A stretch of DNA of 64,000 nucleotides, from assembly GCA_963718895.1 (NCBI GenBank), contig CAVRAG010000007.1:576001-640000 (forward strand), written 5' to 3'. The notes below the pieces were generated by a model. That model was not told the origin of the DNA. It saw only the letters and a list, made by a program, of their open reading frames with translations, and searched no databases. Each line of letters starts with the position of its first letter. Position 1 is the first letter of the stretch. Positions 51,808 through 63,312 of the stretch are shown one piece after another. The DNA is from an uncultured Nitrososphaerota archaeon (GTDB taxonomy: Archaea > Thermoproteota > Nitrososphaeria > Nitrososphaerales > Gagatemarchaeaceae). The translations under genes and the position numbers were made by a program.

Positions 51808-52602
51808 ATGGGTGCAGGACCAAATCCACCGGACCCCTCGTTTTCAGGACCAGAGGGTGAAAGGGGTCCCAAGCCCAAGGAGCCGCTAAAGGGACGGGCT
51901 GGCGAGAGGTACCAGGAGAAGCACCATCACATCCGCGGGAGGGACCTGATCTCCTCCTCCGCGCTGGGCCTTGCAGACGGGCTCGTGACGAACCTCGCGT
52001 TCCTGGCCGGCCTCGGCGGGGCGGCGGAGAGCCTGAGCCTTATCAGGTTCGCGGGCCTCGCGGCCGTGGTGGCGGGGTCGGTCTCGATGTTCTTCGGGGG
52101 GGTCCTCGGGGCCCGTTCGGAGCTGGACCTTTTCCACGCCGACTCGAAGCGAGAGGCCTTCGAGATCGAGAACGAACGAGACGAGGAGGTGCAGGAGCTC
52201 AAGAACCTGTACATGGACAAGGGGCTAACCGAAAGCGAGGCCGATATGGTCGTCGCCAGGGTCTCGGAGAACAAGGAGAGGTTCCTTGAGGACATGCTGG
52301 CCAACGAACTTCACATCCACAGGTCTCACCTCGAGAAGCCGTACAAGGTCGGACTCGTAATCGGGCTCTCCTTCCTCCTCGGTGCACTCGTCCCCCTCAT
52401 TCCCTACTACCTAACGACGCAGAACGCAATCTCGGTGACCGCTTCGGTGATTTTCTCTCTCTCCTTCCTCTTCGTCGCAGGCGCCTGGAAGGGGCGGATC
52501 GTGGGCAGGGAGATCTGGAGGAGCGGACTCGAGACGCTGCTTGTGGGTGCGGCAGCCGCTGTGATCCTGTTTGTAATCGGCACGTCGTCCACGTTCCTCT
52601 GA
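51808..52602 (+). CDS. VIT1/CCC1-family iron/manganese transporter
   Basis: LGLADGLV, AGSVSM, E-rich cytosolic domain, SFLLGALVPLIPY. Confidence 0.88.
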   Translation: MGAGPNPPDPSFSGPEGERGPKPKEPLKGRAGERYQEKHHHIRGRDLISSSALGLADGLVTNLAFLAGLGGAAESLSLIRFAGLAAVVAGSVSMFFGGVLGARSELDLFHADSKREAFEIENERDEEVQELKNLYMDKGLTESEADMVVARVSENKERFLEDMLANELHIHRSHLEKPYKVGLVIGLSFLLGALVPLIPYYLTTQNAISVTASVIFSLSFLFVAGAWKGRIVGREIWRSGLETLLVGAAAAVILFVIGTSSTFL

Positions 52603-52654
52603 GGGACCACCCCCGAGCCTTGGACCATCGCCCTCCGTCTCGGCCCACGGCGGC

Positions 52655-53789
52655 TCAGAGGCAGACCGTCTCGATCATGCGTCTGTAGACAGACCCCGCT
52701 CTCTTGATCTGCCGGACCGGAGCGTATTCATCGACCGTGTGGGCCTGTCTGACGCTGCCGGGACCCAGGACGATCGTTGGCGTCCCGAGCTCGGAGTAGA
52801 CGGGCGCCTCGGTGCCGTAGGGCGCGACCCCTGATCCCGCGGCGGTCAGCGACTCGGTCAACCTCACGACCTCGGCAGCCCGGGGGACGGAGAGCGCGGG
52901 CGTCTCGTAGAGGACCTCCACCCTCGCCTTGAATTCTTTGTCCTTTCTGTGGAGTTCCCCGATGACGGAGTTCAGCTCATGGAGGACTTCCCTGGTCCCG
53001 ACCGCCGGTATCAGCCTCGAATCGATGGTGAGCTCACAGGAACCGGGAGTTACGTTGCTCTTCGTCCCTCCGTTTATGACGGTGGGGGTCAGAATGGTGT
53101 GCCCGAGGTCTGGGTCTCTGGCTGACGCAAGCCTCGCTCGGACGGTTCTGAGGGACTCTCAGGAAGAGCGCGCACTTCTCGATGGAGTTTATTCCAAGCG
53201 ACGGGTCTCCGGCGTGGGCGCTGTGGCCATCGAAGATGACCCGGCACGTCAGACCCCCCCTGTGCGCTCTCACGACCTTCATCTCGGTCGGCTCCCCGAC
53301 GACGCCGCAGCGGGCCCTGACCTGTCTCAGGCTCCCGTCGTGGACGAGGGCCTCGAGCCCGTCGAACCCGACCTCCTCTCCGGCCGTCGCGACGAAATTG
53401 AGGGAGCGCTTCAGCCGTCTCCCCTTCGTGGAAGCGATAGCGGCGAGCATAGCGGCGAGACCGGACTTCATGTCTGCTGACCCTCTCCCGTAGAGCCTCC
53501 CGTTGCTGACTCTCGCCTCGAAGGGCGGGGACGACCAGGCTCCCGGGTCTTCGACCGGCACCACGTCCATGTGACCGGCAAGAAGGAGGCCCGGAGGACT
53601 CTCGCCGAACGTAGCCATGAGGTTGGAACGGCCCTCGGCGAACCTCCGAAGCTCGACCTCGGCACCCTCGATGTGAAGGTCATGGAGGAAGTCTCCGATG
53701 AATCGCGCGCACTCCTCTTCGTTTCCAGGGGGGGCCCCCGTATTGAAGGATATCAGCGAAGACGCGAGCTCCAGAAGCTCCATGCTCAT
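52655..53789 (-). CDS. M20-family ArgE/DapE-like deacylase; frameshift near 53158
   Basis: GHMDVVP, YGRGSADMK, GEE, GEPT, GTEA, GPGSVRQAHTVDE. Confidence 0.86.
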
Positions 53790-53859
53790 CGAGATGGGGC
53801 CATCCTAAATGAAGTTCGCGGAAGCAAGCTTATTGCACAGGTCCGGCGCCGGGACCCGG

Positions 53860-54640
53860 ATGGAGCGCGCCGTCCGCCTGAAAGGGGTAGTCTTGGAGTA
53901 TTCGGGGACGACGGCTCTCCGAGGCATCGACTGGGTCGTCGGGGGAGGCGAGAGCTGGGCCGTGATAGGTCCGAACGGTGCGGGGAAGACGAGCCTGATG
54001 AGCATAATCGACGGCTATCAGTGGCCGTCAAAGGGCGAGGTCGAGATCCTCGGGAACAGGTTCGGGGAGACCGACCTAAGAGACCTCCGCGCCCGTATCG
54101 GCATGGTCAGCGCTTACCTCGAGGGCTGGATACCCGGGAGACGAGAAGGTCCTAGACCTGGTCATGAGCGGGAAGTACGGCTCGACTAGGATATGGAGGA
54201 AGGCGGAGCCGGCGGAGGCCCGAAGGGCCGCCTCTCTCTTGGAGGGCCTCGGGTGCGGCGCTCACGTCGGGAAGATGGTCAAGGAGCTCTCCCAGGGTGA
54301 GAGACAGAAGGTGATGATCGCGAGGGCTCTGATGGCGAACGCCGGCCTGCTCCTCCTTGACGAGCCCTGCGAGGGCCTGGACCTGGGGGCGCGCGAGCAG
54401 TTCCTCGACGGCCTCTCGAGGCTCGCAAGGCGGGGCCGCACGGCCATGGTCTATGTGACCCACCGCACCGACGAGATTCCCTCGGGCTTCACCCACGCGC
54501 TCCTCCTCAAGGCTGGGAGGGTCCTCGCGTCTGGGCCCATCGAGGACACCCTGACGGGGAGGAACCTCAGCCTCTGCTTCGACGTGAAAGTGAAGGTCGA
54601 TACCGTGAACGGCAGGTACTACACCATAGTCTCCGGCTAG
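53860..54640 (+). CDS. ABC ATPase (ModF/YlmA-like); frameshift near 54140
   Basis: GPNGAGKT, LSQGE, LDEPCEGLD, VTH. Confidence 0.85.
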
Positions 54641-54698
54641 GCGAGAGAAGACCAATGCCCTTTTATCGCAAGCGGCCCTCGTCGAGTGCGAACTAGCT

Positions 54699-55427
54699 TT
54701 GTGGGAGAGAATTGAGGTCGATGGGAAGCCGGCGCTGAAGGACCCCGTCCTAATCGTGTCACTCTCCACGAATCTCTCCGAGTACAAGCCCATGTACTCA
54801 CAGGCAAGGGAACTCGGGAACTTCATGCTGAAGGAGATGGAGTTCACGAAGATCGCGACCATCTACTCCTCCGCCTTTCCTCCGGTCGCCGTGATAGCCG
54901 ACGATGGGACGGTCCGGTTGAGCTCGGCCGAGTTTTACAGCCACAGCGCCGGGCGCGACATCGTGCTTCTCGCTGGTGACTCCTCGCCCCACGACAACCA
55001 GTACGAGTTCGCCGAGGCGGTGCTGCGGTACGCGCTGGGCCTCGGCGTGAAGGAGATGATATCGATTGGGACCCGGTGGACCGAGCAGGCTGCGCCTCCC
55101 TCGTCAATCCCCAAGCTTACCGGGTTCGCGAGCGACGGGGCCGGCGTCGAGGTTCTCAGAGGCCACGGAATCGAGATGGTCAAGGACGAGCCGGCGCCGT
55201 TCTTCTCCTCGCTCATAGTGGGCATGGCCGAGAAGTTCGGCATGAGAGGCTACAAGATATCCGTCGACCACGGAGAGCCGATCCCGCACCCCCTCTCGGT
55301 TATCCAGCTGGCAGGTGTGCTCGAGAAGATGCTCGGTATACACCTGCGCACCGCAGAACTCGAGGCCAAGGCGCAAGAGATGGCGAGGGAGGTCCAGTCC
55401 GTCAGCACCCCTGGAGACGCCGCGTGA
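54699..55427 (+). CDS. PAC2-family proteasome assembly chaperone-like protein
   Basis: LKDPVL, IATIYSSAFPP, LLAGD, pattern typical of PAC2. Confidence 0.65.
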   Translation: MWERIEVDGKPALKDPVLIVSLSTNLSEYKPMYSQARELGNFMLKEMEFTKIATIYSSAFPPVAVIADDGTVRLSSAEFYSHSAGRDIVLLAGDSSPHDNQYEFAEAVLRYALGLGVKEMISIGTRWTEQAAPPSSIPKLTGFASDGAGVEVLRGHGIEMVKDEPAPFFSSLIVGMAEKFGMRGYKISVDHGEPIPHPLSVIQLAGVLEKMLGIHLRTAELEAKAQEMAREVQSVSTPGDAA

Positions 55428-55482
55428 GCGATCCGGTGTCTACGGCTAAACTCATAAATAGAGCGGAGGGGATGAAAATATC

Positions 55483-55821
55483 ATGTCCTCTGAAGAGGTA
55501 GATATGAAGGAGATTCAGCGCGAGCTCTCCAAGGTGATCGACCCCGAGATTGGCGTGCCGATCATGGAGATGAACCTGATCGACAAGCTGGACGTCAAGG
55601 ACGGAAGCGTAGACATCCAGTATCACGCCACCACCCCATACTGCCCACCCATATTCGCCCTGAAGATCTCGCAGGACATGAAGTCCAATGTCGAGCACGT
55701 CAAGGGCGTCAAGAGCGTGCGCGTCACTGTGAGCGGCCACTACCTCTCCGACGCGGTCAACAGGCAGGTCAACAAGACCGCGGCGCCTGCAGCGGCGGCC
55801 GCCCAACCCCCAAGCCCATAG
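55483..55821 (+). CDS. DUF59/SufT-type Fe-S assembly protein
   Basis: VIDPEIGVPI, TTPYCP. Confidence 0.85.
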   Translation: MSSEEVDMKEIQRELSKVIDPEIGVPIMEMNLIDKLDVKDGSVDIQYHATTPYCPPIFALKISQDMKSNVEHVKGVKSVRVTVSGHYLSDAVNRQVNKTAAPAAAAAQPPSP

Positions 55822-55842
55822 CCACGACGCCGGTGGGTCGCC

Positions 55843-56160
55843 ATGGGCGGGGAACCTGACCTCAGCCGCCTCGAGGATGCGGTCCAGAGGGCCGGCGAGT
55901 CCCTCGCCGCCGCTGGTGCGAGCAAGTCGGCGAAGCAGGAGACGCTCAGGGGCATCTTCAGGATGAATCACGAGATTGGAAGAATCGCAAGGGAGTTCCC
56001 TTCGATCACACCGGCCCTGAGGGAGATGCAGCTCGATGTCAACTTCGTGACCATCAGGGTCAAGAGGGACGAACCAGAAGAAGCGAGAGCGGGGTTTGAG
56101 AGAGTAGTATCCCAGCTCAAGAAGGTCAGGGACATCCGGGCAGCTATCCCACAGGACTAG
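55843..56160 (+). CDS. Helical hypothetical protein
   Basis: 105-aa ORF in operon context. Confidence 0.6.
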   Translation: MGGEPDLSRLEDAVQRAGESLAAAGASKSAKQETLRGIFRMNHEIGRIAREFPSITPALREMQLDVNFVTIRVKRDEPEEARAGFERVVSQLKKVRDIRAAIPQD

Positions 56161-56208
56161 AGGTCGGGTTCAGAAGGGATTAATAGCGAGAGGGAGGATT
56201 ATTCCGCG

Positions 56209-56642
56209 TTGACCAAGGGCGCCGACAGCGACTTCACGAGGGTCAAGGTCGCAGAGGTGGGGTTCACCGACGAGAGCGGAGCGGAGGGCCTCGTCCTGCT
56301 CAAGTCCGACGCAGGCAGAGCTTTCGCCATGCGCGCCTTCTCCGGGGAGAGCGCTATGCACATGCAGAGGTTCAGCCGAGGCGACCGATCCTCGATTCCC
56401 TCGGTCTTCAACATGATCGAGGAACTTGCGGACAACGAGGGCCTGCACCTCAGCGGCGTCGAGGTCTACCCGGCCGGCGATGTGCTCCGGGCCGACATGC
56501 AGTTCCTTGGAAAAGGCAAAGACCGGCTTCTCGGAGGGTACGGGCCTCCGACGCAATCGCACTCGCGCTTCTCTACGAGGCGCCCATAATGCTGCACAGA
56601 TCGCTCCTCGAGTCTGAAAGGGAAGAAGGTTCCCAGGCCTGA
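56209..56642 (+). CDS. Bifunctional nuclease (DUF151)-like protein; frameshift near 56542
   Basis: LVLLK...RASDAIALALLYEAPI after frame correction. Confidence 0.7.
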
Positions 56643-56769
56643 ACGAACGCCTCAAAAAGAGATAAATCGCCAAAGACGGGGCGACGTGCAGCCTTGGTCA
56701 CGCTAACCCGAGAACGCGGTCTTCAGCTGCGGGGCGGAGTGGCTGAGTTGGGAGGAGTGAGGAGTCAGG

Positions 56770-57775
56770 ATGGTCCTCTCCCTGGGCAAGCTCCCGCCCG
56801 AGGTGCTGAACAGGTACCTGCTCGGGATGACCGGCGCGCCTTCGTCGGACCTCGTGGTGCCCCCCTCGATAGGCGTCGACTTCGGCGTGATAAGGCAGGG
56901 GAGGAACTACCTTATCGTTTCGTCCGACCCCGTGACAGGAGTCAAGGAGAGGGTCGGGTGGTACGCGGTGAACGTCAGCGCCAACGACGTCGCGACGAGC
57001 GGGAACAGACCGACGTTCATCCAGTCGATCATCCTCCTCCCCGAGGACGCCACCGTCGGGATGGTCGCGAGGATCTCCAGAGAGATGCACCGGACCGCCT
57101 CCGAGCTCGGCATCACCATCGTGGGCGGACACACAGAGCTGACCCCCGGGCTCAAGCGGCCGATAGTGGTCACGACCGCCTTCGCGGTAGCCGGGTCGTT
57201 CGTCACGGCGGCGGACGCGAGGAACGGGGACACGATCATGCTCACCAAGACCGCGGCGGTGGAGGGGACAGCCATCTGCGCCTCCGACTCATCCAGGTTC
57301 GGAGAAGAGGTCGACCCTGCGATGATAAGGAGCGGCGAGGGGCTTCTACAGGAAGCTGAGCGTGGTGGACGAGGCGACCGCGGCCTTCGCCGCGGGCGGG
57401 GTGCACGCAATGCACGACTGCACCGAGGGGGGCGTGCTCGGGGCCGTCTACGAGATGTCTTATGCCTCGAGTCTCGGGTTCGAACTGGATGAGCGGAGCA
57501 TCCCTCTCGCAAAGGAGACGGCGTACGTCTGCTCGAAGCTCGGCCTCGACCCGCTGCGGCTCATCAGCTCGGGGACGCTCCTCCTCGCGGTGAAGGCAGG
57601 TGCCGAGGAGAAGGTCGCAAGGGCGGTCCGGGCCGTCGGGGTCGACCGCGACGGCCGTGGGGAGGTTCGCCAAGGGCGAAAGGGTGCTCGTGAGAAAGGA
57701 CGGGAGACGGGAGACCGTCCTGGAGCCGCCCGACCGACGAGCTCTGGAAGCTCGTCGACGCGAAAGGGCATCTGA
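56770..57775 (+). CDS. AIR synthase-related (HypE/ThiL superfamily) protein; frameshifts
   Basis: GKLP, SDPVT, NDVATSG, VGGHTE, MHDCTEGG, LISSG. Confidence 0.85.
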
Positions 57776-57782
57776 AGGAGGT

Positions 57783-58004
57783 TCAGCCGTGATACCGCAG
57801 GAAGAACGTGAGGGCTATCAGGACAGCCAGAGCGCCCACCATGAGGAGGAGCGTCAGCCTCCTGTAGTTCTTCATCTTCCTCTGGGCCTCCTCGTCCATG
57901 TCCCTGCACGTGTCGGAGCAGTAGTCCTTTGCGGGCGCTATCGAGATCCCGCACACGGGACAGTGTTTGTGGGCAGGGACGCTCCCGCTGGCCTTCAGGG
58001 ACAA
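57783..58004 (-). CDS. Small zinc-ribbon membrane protein (DUF2116-like)
   Basis: HKHCPVCG...YCSDTC plus C-terminal TM helix. Confidence 0.78.
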   Translation of the reverse strand: MSLKASGSVPAHKHCPVCGISIAPAKDYCSDTCRDMDEEAQRKMKNYRRLTLLLMVGALAVLIALTFFLRYHG

Positions 58005-58047
58005 CGCGCGGGACCGCCGGGCCAGCCGGTTAATAGTCTTGCAGGCG

Positions 58048-58477
58048 TCAGTAGGGTGGAGCCTGCAGCCTCGCGATGGTCGTCGAGACGCGGTTGATGT
58101 ACTCCTCGAGGCTGGGCCAGGATCGTCCGCGACGTGATGACGCCGAGGACCTTGTCGTCCTGAATCACCAGCACCCTCCTCACCCCGCGCTCAGTCATCG
58201 TCTTGGCGACGGACTCGAGGCCGTCGCTCCCCTTGACCGTGATCAGCCCGGGCGTCATGATGTCCGCGATGGTCACCTCGCCAGGGTCCTTGCCCTCGGC
58301 GACTATCTTGGACAGGTAGTCCCACTCGGTCACGATCCCCTCCGCGGAGACCCCGTCGGAGACGATGACGAAACCCTGGTGCTTCTCCTTCATCATCTTG
58401 GCGGCCTCGAGCGCGTTGGTCTGTCTGGGAAGGGAGAGGAATACCGGCTCGGCGACGTCCTTGGCGAAGAGGACCAT
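58048..58477 (-). CDS. CBS-domain pair protein; frameshift near 58115
   Basis: GIVTEWD, DIMT, LGVIT. Confidence 0.85.
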
Positions 58478-58489
58478 CCCTAGGCAGAA

Positions 58490-59924
58490 TCAGTGGCGGT
58501 ATAGATAATGGTTTCCTTGGCGTCGGGGACCGGTCTGGGACGCCGGGATCGCGGCTATCAGGCTGATGGCCCCGAAGATGAGGAACGCCTTGTGCATGGC
58601 ATCGATGAAGACCCCTATGCTCAGGCTTCCAGCTGGAGGAGGAAGCCCCGCGAAGATCGCCTGGAGGGAGGTCAGAGGGACCGAAGCGCTGAAAATCGCG
58701 AAGACGAGCCCAAGGCTGACGAGGGAACCGACGCTGAAGAGCGTGGAGGAGACCCCCGAGGCCACTCCCCGCCTTGCGGGAGGGACGGCGTTCATGATGG
58801 CGGCGACGTTCGGGGCGAAGAACATGCCCCCGCCGGCCCCTGCGAGGACCATCGGGAGGGTCAGGGTGAGGTACGGGACCCCAAAAGGAAGCGTCGAGAA
58901 CCAGAGGAGCGCTATCCCGGAGAGGACCAGCCCGGTGGGCGCGAAGAGCCTCGGACCGAACCTGTCCGAGAGCGCGCCGCTCAGAGGACCCACTATCACG
59001 AAGGCGACCGAGAACGGCAGGAGGAGGAGGCCCGCCTTGAAGGCGTCGTAGAGCAGGGCTCCCTGGAAGTAGAAGATCAGAATCAGGAATATCGAACTGC
59101 GCGATATCGACGTCAGGAGGTTGGCGAGCGCGCCAGCCGAGAACGCGCGAATCCTGAACAGGCGGACGTCCATCATGGGGTTCTGTACCCGCGTCTCGAC
59201 GAACGCGAAGACCGAGATCATCGCGCCCCCCACCGCCATCAGGAGGTAGTCCGTCGTCGCCCACCCCTGTATCGCCCCCAGCGTCAGCCCCACGAGGAAG
59301 CTGGTGAGCCCCACCCCGAACAGGACGTTCCCGAGCGGGTCGAGCTTCTCGCCCTTGAGGCGAGGGTTGAGGTCCTTGAGCTTGACGTAGGCCCAGACGG
59401 TGGCGAACGCGCCCGGAGCGAGGTTGATCCAGAATATCGACCTCCATCCGAGGAAGGTCGTGAGGACGCCGCCCGCCACCAGGCCCAGTATGGACCCGGA
59501 GACCCCGGCGACCTGGTTGATCCCCAGCGCCCTACCCCTCTCCGTCGCCGGGAAGACGTCGGTCAGTATCGCTGCGTTGTTGGCCCAGATCAGAGCCGCG
59601 CCCAGACCTTGGACCAGGCGCATGAGCACCAGCAGGAGACCGTCCGGCGCGACGCTGCAGAGCCCCGAACCTATCGTGAAGATAGCGAACCCCAGGTTGT
59701 AGAGCCTCACCCGGCCGAAGACGTCTCCCAGCCTCCCTATCGTCAGGAGCACGGTCGCCGTGACAAGCGTGTATCCCATTATGATCCAGATCCCGTAGAA
59801 CGTCGGCGTACCCGGGGAGCTGCCTGAGGATGGTAGGGAGCGAGATTAGAACGATGTTGGCGTCGAGCTGGGACATGAACGCGCCGATGGTGGTGTTAGT
59901 GAGAACGACGTACCTGTATTGCAA
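58490..59924 (-). CDS. MFS drug-efflux-type transporter (DHA2-like); frameshift near 59812
   Basis: FMSQLDANIV, GRLGDVFGR, ERGRALG, WRSIFWIN. Confidence 0.88.
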
Positions 59925-60037
59925 TCACTCGCCTTCTTCTCCCCGCTCTCAAGCCCGAATTCGAACCGGTATTTTACCGATTGGCCCGCTCTGGCCAGAG
60001 CGGGCGCCGGACCGTCGCCAGGAGGCCATCGGTCGCA

Positions 60038-61383
60038 CTAGCCGGGATGGACAGCCGCCCAGATCTTCTCCGCAATGGAGAGGACCAGCCCGTCCTGGCC
60101 GTGCCTCGCAACCACCTGGAGAGCGGTCGGCATCGACTGTCCCGCCTTGTTGATGGGTATGCTGAGGGCGGGGAGGCCGGTCATGTTGAAGAACTCGGTG
60201 TTCCGCAGAAGGAGGAACCGGATGCGCCCCGTCTCGCTTCCGAGGACCTCGTCGATCCTCGGGGCTGCAATCAGGCAGGTCGGCATGATCAGCGCGTCAA
60301 TCCCTTCGAGTAGTCTGGGCACCTCGCGGAGCGACTCAGCCCTGAGGCCCGTGGATCGCATGTACTCTATCATCCCGGTCCTTAGGCCACCGTCCATGAG
60401 TTTCAGGACATCCTGGTGCATTCTCCGCCTCAGCTTTGGGGTGCGGAGGATCGCCTCATAGAACCAGGAGGACTCCCTGACCGTTATGACGGCGCGGGCC
60501 CTGGAGTAGCGGGCATAGTTCCCTTCGGCCTTGGAGTCCTTCACGTCGAACCTTCCGTCGCCCCTGAGCCTCTCGACGACGCCTTCGAAGCTCTTGGATA
60601 CGGTCTCGTCCATATCCTCGGTGAAATACCTCGTCGGTACTCCCAGGCGTGGACGCGACTTTCTGCGGCATCGCCACCCCGGTGAGGGCCTGGAACGCGT
60701 ACGACATGTCGGGTACCGTCTTGGTCAGGAGCCCCAGGTGGTCGAGGGAAGGGCTCAAGGGGAAGACGCCGTCGGTGCTGAGGAGGCCCTGTGACGGCTT
60801 GAAGCCGCACACGCCGCAGAGCGCGGCGGGAATCCGCACCGAGCCACCGGTGTCGCTCCCGATGCTCAGGATAGGCCCCTTCGAGAGCGCGACCGAGACC
60901 GCTGAGCCACCGCTCGACCCGCCTGAGACTCGGGAGGGGTCGGAGGCGTTGTGGATCGGCCCGCCATATCCGCTGGTCCCCGTAACCCCGAGGGCGAGTT
61001 CGTGGAGGTTGGTTTTGCCGAGCGGGACACATCCGGCACCGAGCAGGCTGTCGACGATCTCAGCGTTTGCCGGGGGAAGGAAATCACCGAAAGACGGCCG
61101 ACCCATCGGTCGTCGGAAACCCGGCCAGGAAGACGTTGTCTTTGATCGTAACAGGGACGCCCTGGAGGGACGGTGTCGGTCCCCTGCGGCCCTTTGCGAG
61201 CCGTCCGTCGAGCTCTCGCGCCCGTGAGAGTGCGAGTCCGTGGTCGCCTGAGAAGACCGTGATGAACGTGTTGAACTTCCGATCGTAGGTCCCGATGTTC
61301 GAGAGTTCCTCTCCGACGCGCTCCTCGCAGGTGAGCTCACCGGCGAGCAGACCGTCCCGATATCGTTCCAGCCCCGACACCAC
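60038..61383 (-). CDS. Amidase-signature family enzyme; frameshifts near 61087 and 60660
   Basis: GVPVTIKD, GKTNLHE, SGGSSGGS, GSDTGGSVRIPAA. Confidence 0.88.
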
Positions 61384-61461
61384 TTGTTTCGTGACAGACG
61401 TCCCGTTTCACTTCGATATTAACTGGGTGGAATGTGGATTATTCATGCAGAGCGAGGAGCC

Positions 61462-62098
61462 CTAGTATCTCCCTTGAAAGCTGCTCTGCGCTGGCATGGT
61501 CGGTGCCCAGGACCAGACGGGGTTTACCACGAAGGGGATGTTGTTGGCGGGTTGCGACGTTACCGAGAGACTCAGGACGACGTAGAAGCCCGATGGAATT
61601 CCGGGAAAGTCAGCGGGACTGATCGAACCTCTAACCTGACTTGCGGGGGCACTTATGCCCCACGCTCCGACGTAGGTCTCGTTCAGCGACTTCCAGACGG
61701 TGCTGTTGTTGATCCAGCCCAGGTTCACGTGGCCGCCGGAGAAGGTCATTGTGAGGTTGTTAGGGGAGAGGACGAAGCTGCTCACGGAGAAGTCGTGCTG
61801 CTGGAGCGTATCGGTGCCGTTGCCCAGGATCGTGAGGTTCATCGTCCCGGCGCCGGAGACAGCGGTTAGCGTCACGTTGTACGTTGCGGCGACATACGTC
61901 TGCAGATCCCCCGGGGCTCAACGACCCAGCGCTACTCACGAACAGTGTGCCCGCCAGGGAAGCCGTTCCTGTCGGGGCGCCGTTGAGATAGATTGACCCA
62001 GCCACCAGGGCCACTCCCACAATCACTCCGATGACCAGGATGATGAGAAAGGTCCTCCCGGTTATCCTCCTCTCAGGCTTGCTCTGCGCCAGAGTCAA
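61462..62098 (-). CDS. Membrane-anchored hypothetical protein; frameshift near 61900
   Basis: N-terminal TM then Ser/Thr/Asn-rich beta region with N-x-S/T sequons. Confidence 0.6.
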
Positions 62099-62306
62099 AT
62101 TCCCGCAGGGCTACCCCGGATACACTATTTCAGGAGTTCCACGGGGGGCGGGCCTCGGTAGGTGGTGGTTGGCGGGCGTCCTGCAGATTTGCGCTTTTGT
62201 TCACTAATCATGACATGGGCCCTTTTGCAGGTTTGGAGTGAACGTGTGGGCGATGTCAGCACCGAAAACCTCCACGATACAAGGCCAGGCCCAGCCCGCA
62301 CCAGGC

Positions 62307-62537
62307 ATGTCGAAGCTCAAGAAGGTCGAGTGGTATGCGGGCCAGCTCATCGCCGACGCCGCGGCCAAGGAGAAGTCGGGCAGCATCGAAGAGGCAATAG
62401 TGCTCTATCTCAACGCGGCTGACGTCCTGCTCCTCCTCGCCAAGGGACAGGACAACTACACCGTATGGAAGGGGTACTCAGACAGGGCGATACAGTGCCA
62501 GCAAAGGTCCCGCGTTCTCATGGCCTCGAGAAAGTAG
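62307..62537 (+). CDS. Stand-alone MIT-like three-helix protein
   Basis: A..LIADAAAKEKSG..EEAIVLYLNAADVL...YSDRA pattern resembles the Vps4/CdvC MIT domain. Confidence 0.6.
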   Translation: MSKLKKVEWYAGQLIADAAAKEKSGSIEEAIVLYLNAADVLLLLAKGQDNYTVWKGYSDRAIQCQQRSRVLMASRK

Positions 62538-62544
62538 CTTATCC

Positions 62545-62730
62545 CTAGCCCGCAGGCGCGCGGTCGTCTCTGCCGACTAGGTGCCGCTCGAAGAGAAACA
62601 TGGCCACCCCGAGAGCGACGATGACCACCGCCAAGACGGTGTTCACCAGTATGGTCGCGAGCCCCAGGACGATCATCAGCACGGTAGCATACCGAGCGAA
62701 GCGGCTGCTCCTTACCCTCGGCTTGCTCAT
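62545..62730 (-). CDS. Small two-TM membrane protein
   Basis: 61-aa ORF with two hydrophobic segments. Confidence 0.55.
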   Translation of the reverse strand: MSKPRVRSSRFARYATVLMIVLGLATILVNTVLAVVIVALGVAMFLFERHLVGRDDRAPAG

Positions 62731-62757
62731 GTCAGATGTGTGGACCTCTGCCCAGCC

Positions 62758-63225
62758 CTAGCGCTCGTACACCCCAACGACGCGGGCCTGCTCGAGGACG
62801 TGTCCATCGATCGAGCCCAGTAGCTTTTCGAGGGTCAGGCCCGGCTTGAGACCGAGAGCCTTGTCGAGGGCGAAGATCCAGAAGTAGTAGTGGTGCGGAC
62901 CGTGCCCGTTCGGCGGGTAAGGACCCGTGTAGCCGATCTTTCCAGTCCCGTTCACTCCACCCGTGAAGGCATCTGGCTTCTGTCCTTCCGCGAGTCTGGT
63001 GGTCTCCACTGGAATCCCATAGAGCACCCAGTGGGTAAAGCCGTGGACGAGTGGCGCATCGGGGTCGTGGCAGACAAGTGCGAACTCTCGGGTCCCCTTT
63101 GGTGCGCCGCTCCACTCCAGGGGCGGTGAGAGGTTCTCCCCATCCCCGGCGTTCCGCTTGGGCATGTGGCCCAGCGCCGAGAACGCCGAGCTCTTGAGCT
63201 TCAAGTCTCCGAGTTTCAGCGACAT
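62758..63225 (-). CDS. YbhB/YbcL (PEBP) family protein
   Basis: SPPLEW, DPDAP, HW, GPYPP, HHY. Confidence 0.92.
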   Translation of the reverse strand: MSLKLGDLKLKSSAFSALGHMPKRNAGDGENLSPPLEWSGAPKGTREFALVCHDPDAPLVHGFTHWVLYGIPVETTRLAEGQKPDAFTGGVNGTGKIGYTGPYPPNGHGPHHYYFWIFALDKALGLKPGLTLEKLLGSIDGHVLEQARVVGVYER

Positions 63226-63312
63226 GGTTCTCTGGTTTCTTTCAGACCGCGGCTCGGGTAATTAAGATTGCGAATACGCGCGTGCCCGAAGAGGCGGGGC
63301 ACCCCATATCTC

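Noticed and set aside
1700-61920. About twenty frameshifts (lysJ, lysZ, hisS, SBP, mcm, upp, rfcL, MDR, M20, MFS, amidase and others) as programmed frameshifts, introns or pseudogenes
   Set aside because: Those inspected are single-base indels, often in short runs and in essential genes, with no BHB structure. Long-read error is the simplest explanation.
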